Sequence record: ON081052
DNA length: 46,054 nt
Reading direction: 5' to 3' (one strand)
DNA from: Escherichia phage vB_EcoS_SCS31
A program made the translations under genes and the position numbers. Below are positions 27,656 through 37,985 of this stretch, one piece after another. Position 1 is the stretch's first letter; the number at the start of each line of letters is the position of its first letter. The notes beneath the pieces were generated by a model. The model searched no databases. It had not been told where the DNA came from and worked only from the letters and a program-made list of their open reading frames with translations.

Positions 27656-28306
27656 ATGCAAATTTCAGAATCATGCAAATCAATTTTAAAAGCGCTACAC
27701 ACTGCAAAATCGCTATTTGCGAAGGCTGAAAAGTCCAAGCAGAACTCTCACCTTAAAAATAAGTACGCCACACTTGAAGACGTACTGGCGGCTGTTGAGC
27801 CAGGACTTGATGAGTGCGGGCTGGTGATGTTACAGAGCGTGCTTGATGATGATCAAACTAATCTGCTAAAGGTTGAGACAAAGCTATTTCACGCAGAATC
27901 TGGGGAGTGGGTTAGCTTCTTAATGATTGTCCCAATCAGCAAGAATGATGCTCAAGGTTACGGCTCAGCGCTTACATACGCTCGACGCTACGGAATCACA
28001 GCAGCTTTAGGTCTTAGCCAGACAGATGATGATGGAAATCTTGCAGCTAAGGGTGTTAAAGACTTCAAGCGAGAACTTGAGAAGTGCAGCACTATTGATG
28101 AGCTTCGCAATGTTTGGAAGGAAGCTAAGCAATCACTAGACGCTGCAGGATGGAAGGTTTTCGAGCCACACATCATAGAGCGCAAGGCAGAGATTGAATC
28201 AAATGCGATGACTGGCTTCAACCCAGCAACACCAAAGAAAGTAGCAGAAAAAAGTAGTCCTGAAGAAAAGATTGAAGTAGAATCACAACAAATCGACACA
28301 TTCTAA
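27656..28306 (+). CDS. single-strand annealing protein (ERF-like, putative)
   Basis: Position between exonuclease and SSB; size 216 aa. Confidence 0.45.
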   Translation: MQISESCKSILKALHTAKSLFAKAEKSKQNSHLKNKYATLEDVLAAVEPGLDECGLVMLQSVLDDDQTNLLKVETKLFHAESGEWVSFLMIVPISKNDAQGYGSALTYARRYGITAALGLSQTDDDGNLAAKGVKDFKRELEKCSTIDELRNVWKEAKQSLDAAGWKVFEPHIIERKAEIESNAMTGFNPATPKKVAEKSSPEEKIEVESQQIDTF

Positions 28307-28353
28307 ATTTAACTTGGCTGCGGCCCCAACATAAAACGAGAAGAGATAAAAAC

Positions 28354-28815
28354 ATGCATGTAATTACTGGTCAGATTCGCCGCGCTCCATTCACTAAAGA
28401 AGGTCGCAACGCTAACGGTAACTGGAAAATGTTCGCCATCGAGATGAGCGAATCATACAAGACTAAAGATGGCGAGCGTAAGTACAGTAATTACCGGATT
28501 ACGATGTTTGCCAGTGAGGCGCAGATTAGTTGGTATGATGAAGCATTTCAGGAAGGAAAAGTTATTTCTGTTAGTGGTGATTCATTGGCGGTTAATGAGC
28601 GTGAGCATAATGGAAAGGTTTATATTACGCTTGAGTTGCAGAATCCTCGATTGATGTTTAGCCAGCGCGGCAGTGAATTAGCTACACAGCAACAGCGCCA
28701 GCAGCATCAGCAACAGCAGCGGCAGCAACCACAGCATCAAAGCCAGTTTGAAGACGATATTCCGTTTGCTCCTATTGGTCTTCAGTACGGTATGTCAAAT
28801 ATTTATGTACTATAA
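28354..28815 (+). CDS. ssb: single-stranded DNA-binding protein
   Basis: Gln-rich linker and C-terminal acidic tail ending DDIPF-like (FEDDIPFAPIG), a hallmark of SSB. Confidence 0.65.
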   Translation: MHVITGQIRRAPFTKEGRNANGNWKMFAIEMSESYKTKDGERKYSNYRITMFASEAQISWYDEAFQEGKVISVSGDSLAVNEREHNGKVYITLELQNPRLMFSQRGSELATQQQRQQHQQQQRQQPQHQSQFEDDIPFAPIGLQYGMSNIYVL

Positions 28816-29215
28816 AGTCTGTTTCAAATGTGGTGGGCTTAAGCCCATCACGGAGTTCTATAAACATAAAGCCATGGCTGACGGACGTGTAAATAAGTGT
28901 AATGAATGCAATAATGTTGATGTTAAATCAAATAGAAAATCAAAAATAGAATATTACAGAGAGTACGATAGAGAAAGGGGCAATAGACAGAAGGATGGTT
29001 ACGTTAAGGAGTATAGATCAAGAAACCCCATAAAATATAATTGCCACACGATTTTAAATAACGCTATAAGGGATGGTAAGATCAATAAAAAACCTTGCGA
29101 GGTTTGCGGGAATGATAAGGCGGTAGCTCATCATGATGATTACTCAAAACCAATGGATGTAAGATGGCTATGCCAAGCTCACCATATGCAATGGCACGCA
29201 GAAAACGGAGAATGA
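28748..29215 (+). CDS. HNH endonuclease (putative; start probably internal)
   Basis: C-terminal CEVCG ... HHDDYSKP ... WLCQAHHMQWH zinc-finger/HNH motif. Confidence 0.55.
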   Translation: MKTIFRLLLLVFSTVCQIFMYYKVCFKCGGLKPITEFYKHKAMADGRVNKCNECNNVDVKSNRKSKIEYYREYDRERGNRQKDGYVKEYRSRNPIKYNCHTILNNAIRDGKINKKPCEVCGNDKAVAHHDDYSKPMDVRWLCQAHHMQWHAENGE

Positions 29216-29232
29216 TTAAACGGATAAAAGAT

Positions 29233-29257
29233 AAGGCCCCCTTCGGGGCCTTTTTTA
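29233..29257. terminator. bidirectional terminator
   Basis: AAGGCCCCCTTCGGGGCC + T6. Confidence 0.6.
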
Positions 29258-32074
29258 CGAAGCTGTATTTACCTGAAGATATGCACCATTAGTTGCACCA
29301 AACCATGCGTAAGCAGATCCGTAAGTTGTTGGGTTGTCATTTAAAATGAAATCACCCGCTCTAATTACGCACTTTGCTCCATATGTATCAGTGGGTCTTG
29401 CACTAAACCCATAGTCAACATATCTAAAACCAACCTTCGTTACGTTATCGTTAAGCGGGAAGATCCTTAAGAAGCTGGAATCTCTAAAGTCATTGTTCCT
29501 GAAAATTCCTCCTGTAAAGTTATCCATATCAAACATTGTTGTTAAACTTGAAGCAACAGTATTCATGAACTTGTTGCCTTCATATGTCGGAGCTACTACT
29601 TCATAGCCAACTCTTAGCTGAACAAATCCCCCATCAATAATATTGTCCTTGACTATTGGATATTGCCCGCCGATTGCTAAGCCACCAAACCCAGGTGTAA
29701 ATTTGCAACTATTATTACTAAATATAGTGCCAACCCACGCCTGATTTGTAAGGTATGGTGCCTTAGTGTCTGTCATGGTGTTCCCGGTGATAATCAATCC
29801 ATTCTTGGCCTGGATTCCCTCCTGGTAGCCCTGAATCGCTACGCCGCCACCAATCATAATGTTGCTGGATATAATAATGTTGCTCAACCCCTCATTAACA
29901 CCCCAATCACTTTCTGCATCATTTGTTATCAGTAAGTAGTGAGAAGAAGCCCTGCCAGTAGCGTCCGTAGTTATAATGCTTGTATTGCCTTTGCATATAA
30001 CATTGTTTGCCGCAAAAACCTCAACAAACATACCAGCACCTTCGTAGTAGTTATCCGTAACCGTTACGTTATTGCCAGCCGGGGTTATCCTTGACTGGAT
30101 AGATATTGGATAATAGAACTTGTTGGCGTGAGCGTAAGACCTTCGGCTTCCCTCGGATATTGCATAATCCTCCGCGAAAGTATGCCATGCCCTTCCTGAC
30201 TGTTTTGTTGTGTTTCCTATAAACTCTGAGTAGTCACAGTTTCTTGTGATTAAGCAGTAGTTAGCGTTGTATCTGAAGCTTGAATTTCTAAGAGATACGA
30301 ATGCATTAGGTAAGCCATTAAGAGCATCGGCATTAACAAAGGCCCTCGAGGCATTAACCTCCATACCCTCGATCACAACTGATGCGCATCCTTCAACCAT
30401 AAAACCAAACCAGTCTTCTCTTGGTTTATGCTCTGTATCCGTTGGTTGGATTGAGTAATCTGAAAAGTCAGTATTCCAGTTGAGTCCGCTAGCTTTAAAT
30501 GTGCAATATTTAAGCCCGAAAACAACCCTCTCGGGTGATGTGCTTCCAGAGATATCAATATCAACATCATTATTGGCAAAAATGTCAACAGTAAGTCCAT
30601 TGAGGAAGAATGCCGTTTGCCTTAACACTCTGTACTTATCATTGTACTGAACACCATCGGAGAATGAGACTTTCAGTCTTCCAGCGCTAATTCTTACCTT
30701 CCTGTTTGTATTGTGACCAAGGTTTATACATGCCATAACCGAGGCGTTTGATTCATTAACTCCAGACACATCATGACCAGCCCATTCGGTATGGATATCA
30801 TCAACACCTCCCGTAAACCTAACCCAGCAACCATTTTTACCTGGTGATGTCTCACCCGCTCCGCTAAGGAATCCTGGGAGCGTGGAATATGTACCATCAA
30901 ATGGAACTGTTGGGCTAAAGATGGTAACCCCATTGTGACTACTCTTGCTTACTGATGGATCCCAGTAAAACAAACCACCTCCAGAGTTTGCTCCAGAAAT
31001 ATAAGACCTGACATTTGCCAAGTTTCCATTCGTAGTTGGTTGCCGGATTAGTTCATAAATTGAATTAACTGAAGATAGCCCTAAATTACTCCTGGCAAGG
31101 CTTTTATCTTCAATATCAGAGAAATTCAATGATTTGTTGAAAGTCTCAGATTTTGAATAAACATCAAGTAAGCCCCTTACTCGCTGGGCGCTAGCTCCGC
31201 CAACCTGACTTCCTGATGCGACATAAAGCGCCTCTCTTGAATAGTAAGTTTTGCTTGGTGCCGTGCCAGTCTGAGTTAAATCAATCACCCTGTACGCATT
31301 ATCTGAGCCGGTAGATGCTGAAACTTGTATGTTCTTAACACCAGTAAGCCCCCTTGCTGACTTAACCTCAATCGTACAAAGTGTGCTATCGGAGTAGGTT
31401 GTATTTATCACCTCTGGAGCGTTGATCATTGCTGACTTTTGGCATAGGTATCTAGCCCCGGACTTGAAATCAAACGTATTCCAGTCAAGTTCTGTCAACT
31501 GAGGTGTATTCGAGCCACCAATACCAATATTGGCAAGAGTTACCAAAGTACCAGCGTCACCAGCATTATTAATTGCTGCAATTGTAGCGTCACGGGCAGC
31601 TGTTGTTGTGTTTCTTGCACTAACAGCAGTAGCAGCGCTATCTGCGGCGGCAATCTGGCTAGCTAAAGCATCCGCTGCTCCTTGCACTGACTGGCTTGCC
31701 AATTGCTCAAAGCGAGGCCAATCAAAAGAATCCTGACCAATGAAATCAATCAGGCTCTGAATGCTAGTTTCCCTACTCTGATAATAACGCAGAGTCTCTG
31801 CAACATTCTGAGCCAAACCCTGAACGGTAATCCCATCGTGAGCAAGGATCGCATAACCAGTTCCGGCAGGAACAGTTTCAGAGTTAGGGTTGTAAACATT
31901 CAATCTGGTATCGCTGATAATTTCTGAGATGGTGTAAATCTGTACTGGTTCAGTTTTAAATACGATGGTTGCACCAACTCTGATCAGTGTAAGTGGCATG
32001 CTCCATGTCGTCCCAACGCCAGTTACCTCGCCATTTGCAGCTAGTGAAGCTGTTCCAAGATCATAAATTGCCAT
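29255..32074 (-). CDS. tail fibre / tailspike-like protein, possible depolymerase (approx 939 aa)
   Basis: Ala-rich helical segment (AADSAATAVSARNTTTAARDATIAAINNAG) then long Gly/Asn/Thr-rich region suggestive of beta-helix; ATG 32074 with RBS GGAGAC. Confidence 0.65.
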   Translation of the reverse strand: MAIYDLGTASLAANGEVTGVGTTWSMPLTLIRVGATIVFKTEPVQIYTISEIISDTRLNVYNPNSETVPAGTGYAILAHDGITVQGLAQNVAETLRYYQSRETSIQSLIDFIGQDSFDWPRFEQLASQSVQGAADALASQIAAADSAATAVSARNTTTAARDATIAAINNAGDAGTLVTLANIGIGGSNTPQLTELDWNTFDFKSGARYLCQKSAMINAPEVINTTYSDSTLCTIEVKSARGLTGVKNIQVSASTGSDNAYRVIDLTQTGTAPSKTYYSREALYVASGSQVGGASAQRVRGLLDVYSKSETFNKSLNFSDIEDKSLARSNLGLSSVNSIYELIRQPTTNGNLANVRSYISGANSGGGLFYWDPSVSKSSHNGVTIFSPTVPFDGTYSTLPGFLSGAGETSPGKNGCWVRFTGGVDDIHTEWAGHDVSGVNESNASVMACINLGHNTNRKVRISAGRLKVSFSDGVQYNDKYRVLRQTAFFLNGLTVDIFANNDVDIDISGSTSPERVVFGLKYCTFKASGLNWNTDFSDYSIQPTDTEHKPREDWFGFMVEGCASVVIEGMEVNASRAFVNADALNGLPNAFVSLRNSSFRYNANYCLITRNCDYSEFIGNTTKQSGRAWHTFAEDYAISEGSRRSYAHANKFYYPISIQSRITPAGNNVTVTDNYYEGAGMFVEVFAANNVICKGNTSIITTDATGRASSHYLLITNDAESDWGVNEGLSNIIISSNIMIGGGVAIQGYQEGIQAKNGLIITGNTMTDTKAPYLTNQAWVGTIFSNNSCKFTPGFGGLAIGGQYPIVKDNIIDGGFVQLRVGYEVVAPTYEGNKFMNTVASSLTTMFDMDNFTGGIFRNNDFRDSSFLRIFPLNDNVTKVGFRYVDYGFSARPTDTYGAKCVIRAGDFILNDNPTTYGSAYAWFGATNGAYLQVNTAS

Positions 32075-32096
32075 TATGTAAAGTCTCCATTTGTAA

Positions 32097-32116
32097 AATA
32101 GCACGAATTGCTAAGT
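32097..32116. promoter_or_regulatory. palindromic motif copy (AAATAGCACGAATTGCTAAG), orientation ambiguous
   Basis: Lies between primase terminator and tailspike start on minus strand. Confidence 0.4.
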
Positions 32117-32139
32117 TGGATTGTAGCATCTTTCAGGCA

Positions 32140-32162
32140 TAAAAAAACCTCCCTAAGGAGGT
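32140..32162 (-). terminator. rho-independent terminator (minus strand)
   Basis: Hairpin CCTCCCTAAGGAGG with T-run on minus strand after primase stop. Confidence 0.55.
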
Positions 32163-33088
32163 TAGTTAGTCAATAAATCGCTTGCCTTGTATATTCGCTT
32201 CCTGATGCCGCTCTTGAATGAGTATTCATCATTTGGTATTACCACGTCAATGTTCCTGTCATCCGCAACGCAAAGCAACTCCCTGTCAAGACGAGTACAA
32301 GCGACCCTTAATTTGAAATCCTTTAGCGCGTAAGCAACCATTTCCATGTTGTAACTGGAGTGGCAAACAAGTACACAGCTGTTACCAGTAGCAAGATGAA
32401 CGTGAACACCATCAATCCAATTATCGGCAAGATAAGCATACTCACTATCCTTAAAGGCACCAATAACAGCAATAGACTGGCGAGTATAATCTTTTGCAGC
32501 ATAACCAACGCCTCCATCTTCATTGATAAACATTACATTGCACATATCATCTGATATGCCATCATTATAAGCCATAAAGCACGGTATTGCGTGTATTAGT
32601 TCGCCTGATCTTGTCCTGCCAACATCAAAACCAAACTCGCTATAGATACCCTCGTATATACTGAGTGGAGTTGATTCTACTCTTTCAGTCCTTTCCATTA
32701 TCTCTAAGCATCTTTCGTGGTCAATCTGAGCACCCATTTTGTAGAGTGATGTTCTTGATGATTGCTTGTTTGCTTTAGTTACAACCTCAACAGGAATTAG
32801 GTTCAACCACTCACCGAGAACGTCGATACATTCACTGAATGACTCCCCTCTCATCTTCTGTAACCACAGAATTCCATCGCCTGAGCCACACTGGTTGCAG
32901 ATAATGCCGCCATCACCTTCTTCGCTAACCTTGTTAGTCCAGCGGCCACGGTCGTTGCCGCCGCAATATATACATGGCTGATGCTTTTTGGTCTGGAAGA
33001 ATTTTGGGTCTGCGCCGCAAATCTGAACCATTGCGTCAGCCCATAAACCTTTCATCTTTTGTAGTACTTCTTTCTTATCGTGATTCAT
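32162..33088 (-). CDS. DNA primase (zinc-ribbon + TOPRIM-like, putative)
   Basis: CIYCGG ... CNQCGSGDG zinc-binding pairs near N-terminus; ATG 33088 with RBS GGAGGTG. Confidence 0.55.
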   Translation of the reverse strand: MNHDKKEVLQKMKGLWADAMVQICGADPKFFQTKKHQPCIYCGGNDRGRWTNKVSEEGDGGIICNQCGSGDGILWLQKMRGESFSECIDVLGEWLNLIPVEVVTKANKQSSRTSLYKMGAQIDHERCLEIMERTERVESTPLSIYEGIYSEFGFDVGRTRSGELIHAIPCFMAYNDGISDDMCNVMFINEDGGVGYAAKDYTRQSIAVIGAFKDSEYAYLADNWIDGVHVHLATGNSCVLVCHSSYNMEMVAYALKDFKLRVACTRLDRELLCVADDRNIDVVIPNDEYSFKSGIRKRIYKASDLLTN

Positions 33089-33143
33089 ATGCACCTCCAT
33101 AAACAATAAAGGCACCATACATAATGTAGAGTGCCAATGTTTA

Positions 33144-33650
33144 TCAAATCGTGCTTTTTTTCTCTGCTTCTCTCTTTTTCTTATTCTCTTCTTTAATCTT
33201 ACGCCATGATCTGGCAGGCGGCTTTGTTGCTAACTCCTCTTTCTTAACAACTCTAAGCATTTCTCGACGGTCACAACGCAATGTTAAAGGCTTACCATTA
33301 CTATCAAATCGAAGGTCTGGACGAATGAAGCTAGCTCGATAACCCTCGCCTGTACGCTTGTACTTACCGTGTAATTTCTGCGCACCTTTAGCTGAAATCA
33401 TTCCGCGTTTACACCATTCAGAAACTACTGCATGTGTCACATTAGCGGCTTTTGCTAGCTTCGATTTACCACCATAAAAATCAAGAACAATCTCTAGCCG
33501 CGCGCGTAGCCCGGCTCTTACTTCATCTTTTAAAACATAGTAGCCTGAAGGTCGTTTGCGTTCTTTCTTGTCTTCGGTGCGATGTGTTCCGTTATTACCG
33601 TTTAATGTTCGCTTGTCAACTGCACCAGTTGATGCCGCAATTCTCGTCAT
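33144..33650 (-). CDS. HTH DNA-binding protein (Cro/YdaS-like, putative regulator)
   Basis: Segment GGKSKLAKAANVTHAVVSEWCKRGMISAKGAQKL resembles a helix-turn-helix; basic Lys/Arg-rich C-terminus. Confidence 0.4.
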   Translation of the reverse strand: MTRIAASTGAVDKRTLNGNNGTHRTEDKKERKRPSGYYVLKDEVRAGLRARLEIVLDFYGGKSKLAKAANVTHAVVSEWCKRGMISAKGAQKLHGKYKRTGEGYRASFIRPDLRFDSNGKPLTLRCDRREMLRVVKKEELATKPPARSWRKIKEENKKKREAEKKSTI

Positions 33651-33750
33651 TATCAATCTCCAATAGCATTTTTTGTTAAAAGCCATTCTGATTTGATGGT
33701 AGTATTGTACTCAATTAAACGCTACAAGACAATTTTATAGGAATTTAGAT

Positions 33751-35745
33751 ATGCTTGCCGTAGAGAAGCTGGTTGCCAACTTCGATAAGAGAAGAATCAA
33801 ACAGATTCAGAAAGACTACTCATTTGGTGAGATAACACCTTACGAGTTTCAGTGCGTGACATTTGATGAAATCGGAAAGGCTATTGGTAAGTATGAGGCG
33901 CCATTTATAGCAGACCTTTCCGTATCTGCGGGTAAGACAATCATCTTGCCGATGATTGGAAAGCGCATGGAGCAATTAGGGTTGCCTTATATGGTTCTTT
34001 CTCGCCAGTCAGAGATAATCAGCCAGAATAGAGAGGAGCTTAGAAACTTCGGCATCCGTAATAGCGTCTATTGCGCTGGCCTTAACGTTAAATCAGTTTA
34101 CTACCCAACCATAGTGGCTAGCGAAGGTACGGCAGCTAACGGCTTATTTAAGGGGCTTGGTGACTACGTTCCGGCTGTTATAGCTATCGATGAGTGTCAT
34201 ATGGTTGATCACATGGATATCGTTGAGGCTGAAGAGAACGAAGAAACATTTGAGCAAATGAGCACAAAGAAAGGCGAGATGGTTTTTAAGGATGGTGAGT
34301 ATACTGGCTTAATAGGAACTGGTCGTTCGCAATACACACTAATCATTACTGAGATGAAACGTCGCTGCCGTGAGAAATACGGGCGGGAGCTTCGTATATT
34401 CGGCCTAACTGGCAGCCCGTATCGCAACAACGACCATATCGTCGTTAGTAACCCTAATATCCGTGGATTTTGGCGAAAGACGGTAATTCAGGTTCCAACC
34501 AATTACCTGGTTGATTTGGGATTTGTTGTGCCAACAGTTTACGGTGAAGTTGGTGATTTGGGTTATGACCTTGCTGAGTTTATGCCTGACGGAAGCGATG
34601 GTGTGAAAGACTTTGGCAAAAAAGAAATGAATGAAATGGAAGAGAAAATCCACCAAAGCCAATCCATGACTCAAAAGATTATGCAGTTCGCAGCCAATTT
34701 CATGGAGACTCGCAACTCTGCGCTTGTGACATGCTCCGGTAAACGTCACTGCGAGGAAGCAGCAGCGGCGCTTCCTGAGGGCGTGACTTGGGCTATAGTA
34801 ACTGACTCTACAGGTGAGAAAAAGCGACGTGAGATTCTAGCTGACGCTTCAGATGGTAAGTATAAGTTCATCTTTCAGATTGGCTGTCTCACAACCGGAG
34901 TAAATGTCCCGCCGTGGGATACGTCAATAATTCTTCGCAAGGTTGGTAGTATCACGCTCCTTATTCAGTTACTTGGTCGTGGAATGCGAATCCTCAAGAA
35001 GAAACACAAGGAAATGGGCATGGTTAAAGATGATCACGTGGTTCTAGACTTCGCAGGAACCCTTGATGATATGGCAGAATTATACTTTGACCCAATCATA
35101 GAAGAGGTTCAGGACCAGAAATTTAAGTCTACTCATGATGCTTGTGATAAGCCAAGAGTGTGCCCGGAGTGTTCTTACGAAAACTCCTCATTTTCAGGTC
35201 GCTGTAATAATGTGATTGCCGGTAAGCGATGCGAGCACTTCTTCAAGTTTAATATTTGTGAAGATGTAGAAGACCCACAGACAAAGGTTATATTAAAGAA
35301 GGGGTGTGGCGAGAAGAACGACATTGCTGCCAAAAACTGTAGATGTTGTGGTGAGATGTTAATTGACCCTAATGCAAAACTTTCCGGCAAGATGTACCGT
35401 CAGGGGGATTGGTTGCGAGTTTACGGATTTGGCATTGGTTTAACAAAGAATCAAACTGGCATAGTTGCCCGTTACGAAATCATGGCGCATAGTGGTCAGA
35501 AGTTCATTGCATATGAAACATTCTTTCCAGAAAGTGACCATCGAGTTTGCTCTGTTAAGTGGAAAGCATTTTGCCAGACTCACATACAGAACAAAACAGA
35601 GGCTTTTAGGATTGGTCGCTTGCGTAATGCGAAAATGATAATGACAAATGCCAGCCAGTTCCGTGAGCCAATGCGAGTGACTCATAGAAGAAATCAGAAA
35701 GGCCGGGATATTATAGCTAATAAATCTTTTACTATGGAGGATTGA
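33751..35745 (+). CDS. SF2 DEAD/DEAH-box helicase with C-terminal Cys-rich zinc-ribbon region
   Basis: DECH motif (AIDECHM), helicase-like segments, multiple CxxC pairs near C-terminus. Confidence 0.75.
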   Translation: MLAVEKLVANFDKRRIKQIQKDYSFGEITPYEFQCVTFDEIGKAIGKYEAPFIADLSVSAGKTIILPMIGKRMEQLGLPYMVLSRQSEIISQNREELRNFGIRNSVYCAGLNVKSVYYPTIVASEGTAANGLFKGLGDYVPAVIAIDECHMVDHMDIVEAEENEETFEQMSTKKGEMVFKDGEYTGLIGTGRSQYTLIITEMKRRCREKYGRELRIFGLTGSPYRNNDHIVVSNPNIRGFWRKTVIQVPTNYLVDLGFVVPTVYGEVGDLGYDLAEFMPDGSDGVKDFGKKEMNEMEEKIHQSQSMTQKIMQFAANFMETRNSALVTCSGKRHCEEAAAALPEGVTWAIVTDSTGEKKRREILADASDGKYKFIFQIGCLTTGVNVPPWDTSIILRKVGSITLLIQLLGRGMRILKKKHKEMGMVKDDHVVLDFAGTLDDMAELYFDPIIEEVQDQKFKSTHDACDKPRVCPECSYENSSFSGRCNNVIAGKRCEHFFKFNICEDVEDPQTKVILKKGCGEKNDIAAKNCRCCGEMLIDPNAKLSGKMYRQGDWLRVYGFGIGLTKNQTGIVARYEIMAHSGQKFIAYETFFPESDHRVCSVKWKAFCQTHIQNKTEAFRIGRLRNAKMIMTNASQFREPMRVTHRRNQKGRDIIANKSFTMED

Positions 35746-35746
35746 A

Positions 35747-36166
35747 ATGAAGATTACAGATAAAGAAGATTACATTGAGTTTTACCCGGGTGCTGTAAAA
35801 TCATGTCCAAAGGAGGATGACGAACAAATCTTTTGCTCTGATTGGGTTAAGTACCATTATCCGCAGATTGTTTACTGGCACACGATTAATGAAAATAAGA
35901 AGACCATAGGGCAAGCAAGAAAAGACCAGGCGAAAGGACTCCTTAAGGGCGTATCAGACTGCTTATTCCTGATACCTGAATCAATGCGAGGCAAATACCC
36001 TTTTGGAGCCATAGAGCTAAAGAGGGCAGGAAAAACTCAAGCAAGCCCTGTCAGCGATGAACAAAAGGTTTTCTTAAAAAGCGTAAGGGAATCAGGCGGT
36101 TTCTCTGCTGTAGCCTACGGTCGCGAAGGTTTTCTTGCAGCATTCAAAGAAATGATTTCAAAATAG
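35747..36166 (+). CDS. VRR-NUC-like nuclease (putative)
   Basis: SDCLFLIPE...GAIELKRAGK resembles D...E-x-K nuclease motif; stop overlaps promoter copy. Confidence 0.45.
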   Translation: MKITDKEDYIEFYPGAVKSCPKEDDEQIFCSDWVKYHYPQIVYWHTINENKKTIGQARKDQAKGLLKGVSDCLFLIPESMRGKYPFGAIELKRAGKTQASPVSDEQKVFLKSVRESGGFSAVAYGREGFLAAFKEMISK

Positions 36167-36209
36167 CACGAATTGCTAAAGAAGATTTTAAAGGATGGGG
36201 TATAGTTAC
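36163..36209 (+). promoter_or_regulatory. phage promoter, palindromic motif class
   Basis: AATAGCACGAATTGCTAAAG ... TATAGTTAC ... CATCGAAACGAAACG. Confidence 0.5.
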
Positions 36210-36242
36210 TCCATCGAAACGAAACGCAGAGAGAGAAACAAA

Positions 36243-36440
36243 ATGGCTACTATCTATACAGGAATCAACTACGAGTCACGCAAAACTGGTTACATCTACG
36301 AGCTAGTCGTTACTGAAGATGGTTACATTCTCGAGGATATCGACGACTCAAATTACGCATTCGAAGTTACCCCAACATACAAAGATGATTTAGAAACTGT
36401 TAAAAACGCATTTGGCGAAAAATTTGATGAGGTATCATAA
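36243..36440 (+). CDS. hypothetical protein
   Basis: ATG 36243 downstream of conserved leader. Confidence 0.3.
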   Translation: MATIYTGINYESRKTGYIYELVVTEDGYILEDIDDSNYAFEVTPTYKDDLETVKNAFGEKFDEVS

Positions 36441-36597
36441 TGAGAGAGGCAATCGTAAACTGGAAAACCGGAGAAGATTCAAAGTTCTTCTTCAATACAT
36501 TCTCACAATATATTGACAAGTTTGTTTTCGTGATTGATGGTGGATGTGAGGTTGTTGTTCCAATTAATCTGGTTGATGTATTGGAGGTATCAGAATA

Positions 36598-36819
36598 ATG
36601 GCAATTTTTACATTTGAGAATCAATGGGAAGTATTTAAATTAATGGCAGTCCAGGAGCTAAAGAAATCTGGGTATAACAAAAACCCATGGGACTTAGTAT
36701 TTTGTCTTGACATGAGCTTTGAAGAAGACTACCTGAATACCGACATCGAAACATGGCGCGACCGCATGGTTGCTGATATCGAAGAAATGAAGAAAGATTG
36801 CCATGAGGATTTCTTATGA
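36598..36819 (+). CDS. hypothetical protein (73 aa)
   Basis: ORF track. Confidence 0.3.
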   Translation: MAIFTFENQWEVFKLMAVQELKKSGYNKNPWDLVFCLDMSFEEDYLNTDIETWRDRMVADIEEMKKDCHEDFL

Positions 36820-37016
36820 TTAATAATAGACCGTTCGTTGTTACGTTTAAGCCAAGAAACAACACCCCACGGATGGATATTGATGAGTACCTTCTGAAAC
36901 GAGGAAATAGCTATTTTGTTCTTGAAATTTCAGCAGACTCAGATAGGTATATAGTAAAAAACGATGCTGGTATTGTTGTTAGTGTTTCAAAATTGGATGT
37001 GGAGATTGTGAGATGA
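36816..37016 (+). CDS. hypothetical protein (66 aa)
   Basis: ORF track; ATGA overlap. Confidence 0.3.
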   Translation: MINNRPFVVTFKPRNNTPRMDIDEYLLKRGNSYFVLEISADSDRYIVKNDAGIVVSVSKLDVEIVR

Positions 37017-37207
37017 TTAATGCAACTTGTGTAAAAGCAAATGGTTCCTTTACTCTACTTGAAGATTACGAAATTATCTTTAATTCAGATGGTGCAATAA
37101 CAGTATTAAGCGATGATGGATGCTATTGGTTCGTTAGTTATCAAGGTGATGGGTATTACGGGTGTAGAGATTCTAATGGAAAAGAAGTTAGCTTCTTAGT
37201 AGAATAG
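37013..37207 (+). CDS. hypothetical protein (64 aa)
   Basis: ORF track; overlapping start. Confidence 0.3.
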   Translation: MINATCVKANGSFTLLEDYEIIFNSDGAITVLSDDGCYWFVSYQGDGYYGCRDSNGKEVSFLVE

Positions 37208-37250
37208 CATTTTTTGTTAAAACTAAAATCCACGGATGGATTATATTAAA
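37203..37250 (+). promoter_or_regulatory. phage promoter, palindromic motif class (TTGTTAAAA subtype)
   Basis: AATAGCATTTTTTGTTAAAA with small hairpin before -10. Confidence 0.45.
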
Positions 37251-37399
37251 CACATCAACAGCGCAGAGGTTTGAGATATGAAAATCGTAGACAAAGAGAT
37301 GTTCGAAATTGCACAGACTTATGCAAATGACGCAGTTAAAACTGGATCTGAATATTGCTGGGTGTGCGCTAAAGAATACCTGAAAATGGCTTACGGGTT

Positions 37400-37648
37400 A
37401 TGATAGTTGAAACCGGACGCGCCGCTGTATGGGCACATTGCGGAGAGGCGGGATTGCAAGATGATATTAAACAGATATCTCGCTTTTTTGATATCAAAGA
37501 TATTAGCGTTGTGTTTAATGGTAAATTCTCTTACATGGATGATCGACCAAGGAAATACGTAAGAGTTAAGCCGGGTGTGAGAATTGATGTTAACGAGTTC
37601 CTTAAATCTGAGGGATTCAAGTTTAAGATAACGAAGCATAAGGATTGA
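37400..37648 (+). CDS. hypothetical protein (82 aa)
   Basis: ORF track; same strand as surrounding operon. Confidence 0.25.
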   Translation: MIVETGRAAVWAHCGEAGLQDDIKQISRFFDIKDISVVFNGKFSYMDDRPRKYVRVKPGVRIDVNEFLKSEGFKFKITKHKD

Positions 37649-37902
37649 GTATGTTGGGTTTAGATTTTCAGCCAGAGCATTACGATTTAGTGTATGGGCA
37701 AAGTGGTGCGAAGTTTAGAGCGATACCGATTGCTGACTGGTTTCCTCCTGACTATGTGGATGTTAATGCGAAGACGAAGGATGGCAAATGGGTACAGATT
37801 TACTATTCTCCAGCGTGCGGAAATTTGTGCATGACAGACCTGGACCAGAAATTAGCAATTAGTGCTGATTTAATCGATTACTGGCTGAAAGAGGTTGTAT
37901 GA
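37645..37902 (+). CDS. hypothetical protein (85 aa)
   Basis: ORF track. Confidence 0.3.
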   Translation: MSMLGLDFQPEHYDLVYGQSGAKFRAIPIADWFPPDYVDVNAKTKDGKWVQIYYSPACGNLCMTDLDQKLAISADLIDYWLKEVV

Positions 37903-37985
37903 AGAGCCTGCCACTAGTAGCATTAGTCCAACTATTTAGCTTTACTATCTTATACTTTATCGTGATGAACTAAGGAACTTAAATA

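Noticed and set aside
30267-31927. Plus-strand short ORFs inside the minus-strand tailspike gene
   Set aside because: Antisense or internal to a roughly 940-aa ORF with coherent domain structure.
32323-32981. Short ORFs on both strands overlapping the primase gene
   Set aside because: Embedded in the primase ORF; no RBS.
37391-37639. Minus-strand 82-aa ORF mirroring plus-strand ORF 37400-37648
   Set aside because: All neighbouring genes are plus-strand and translationally coupled; the plus-strand frame is favoured, though neither is strongly supported.
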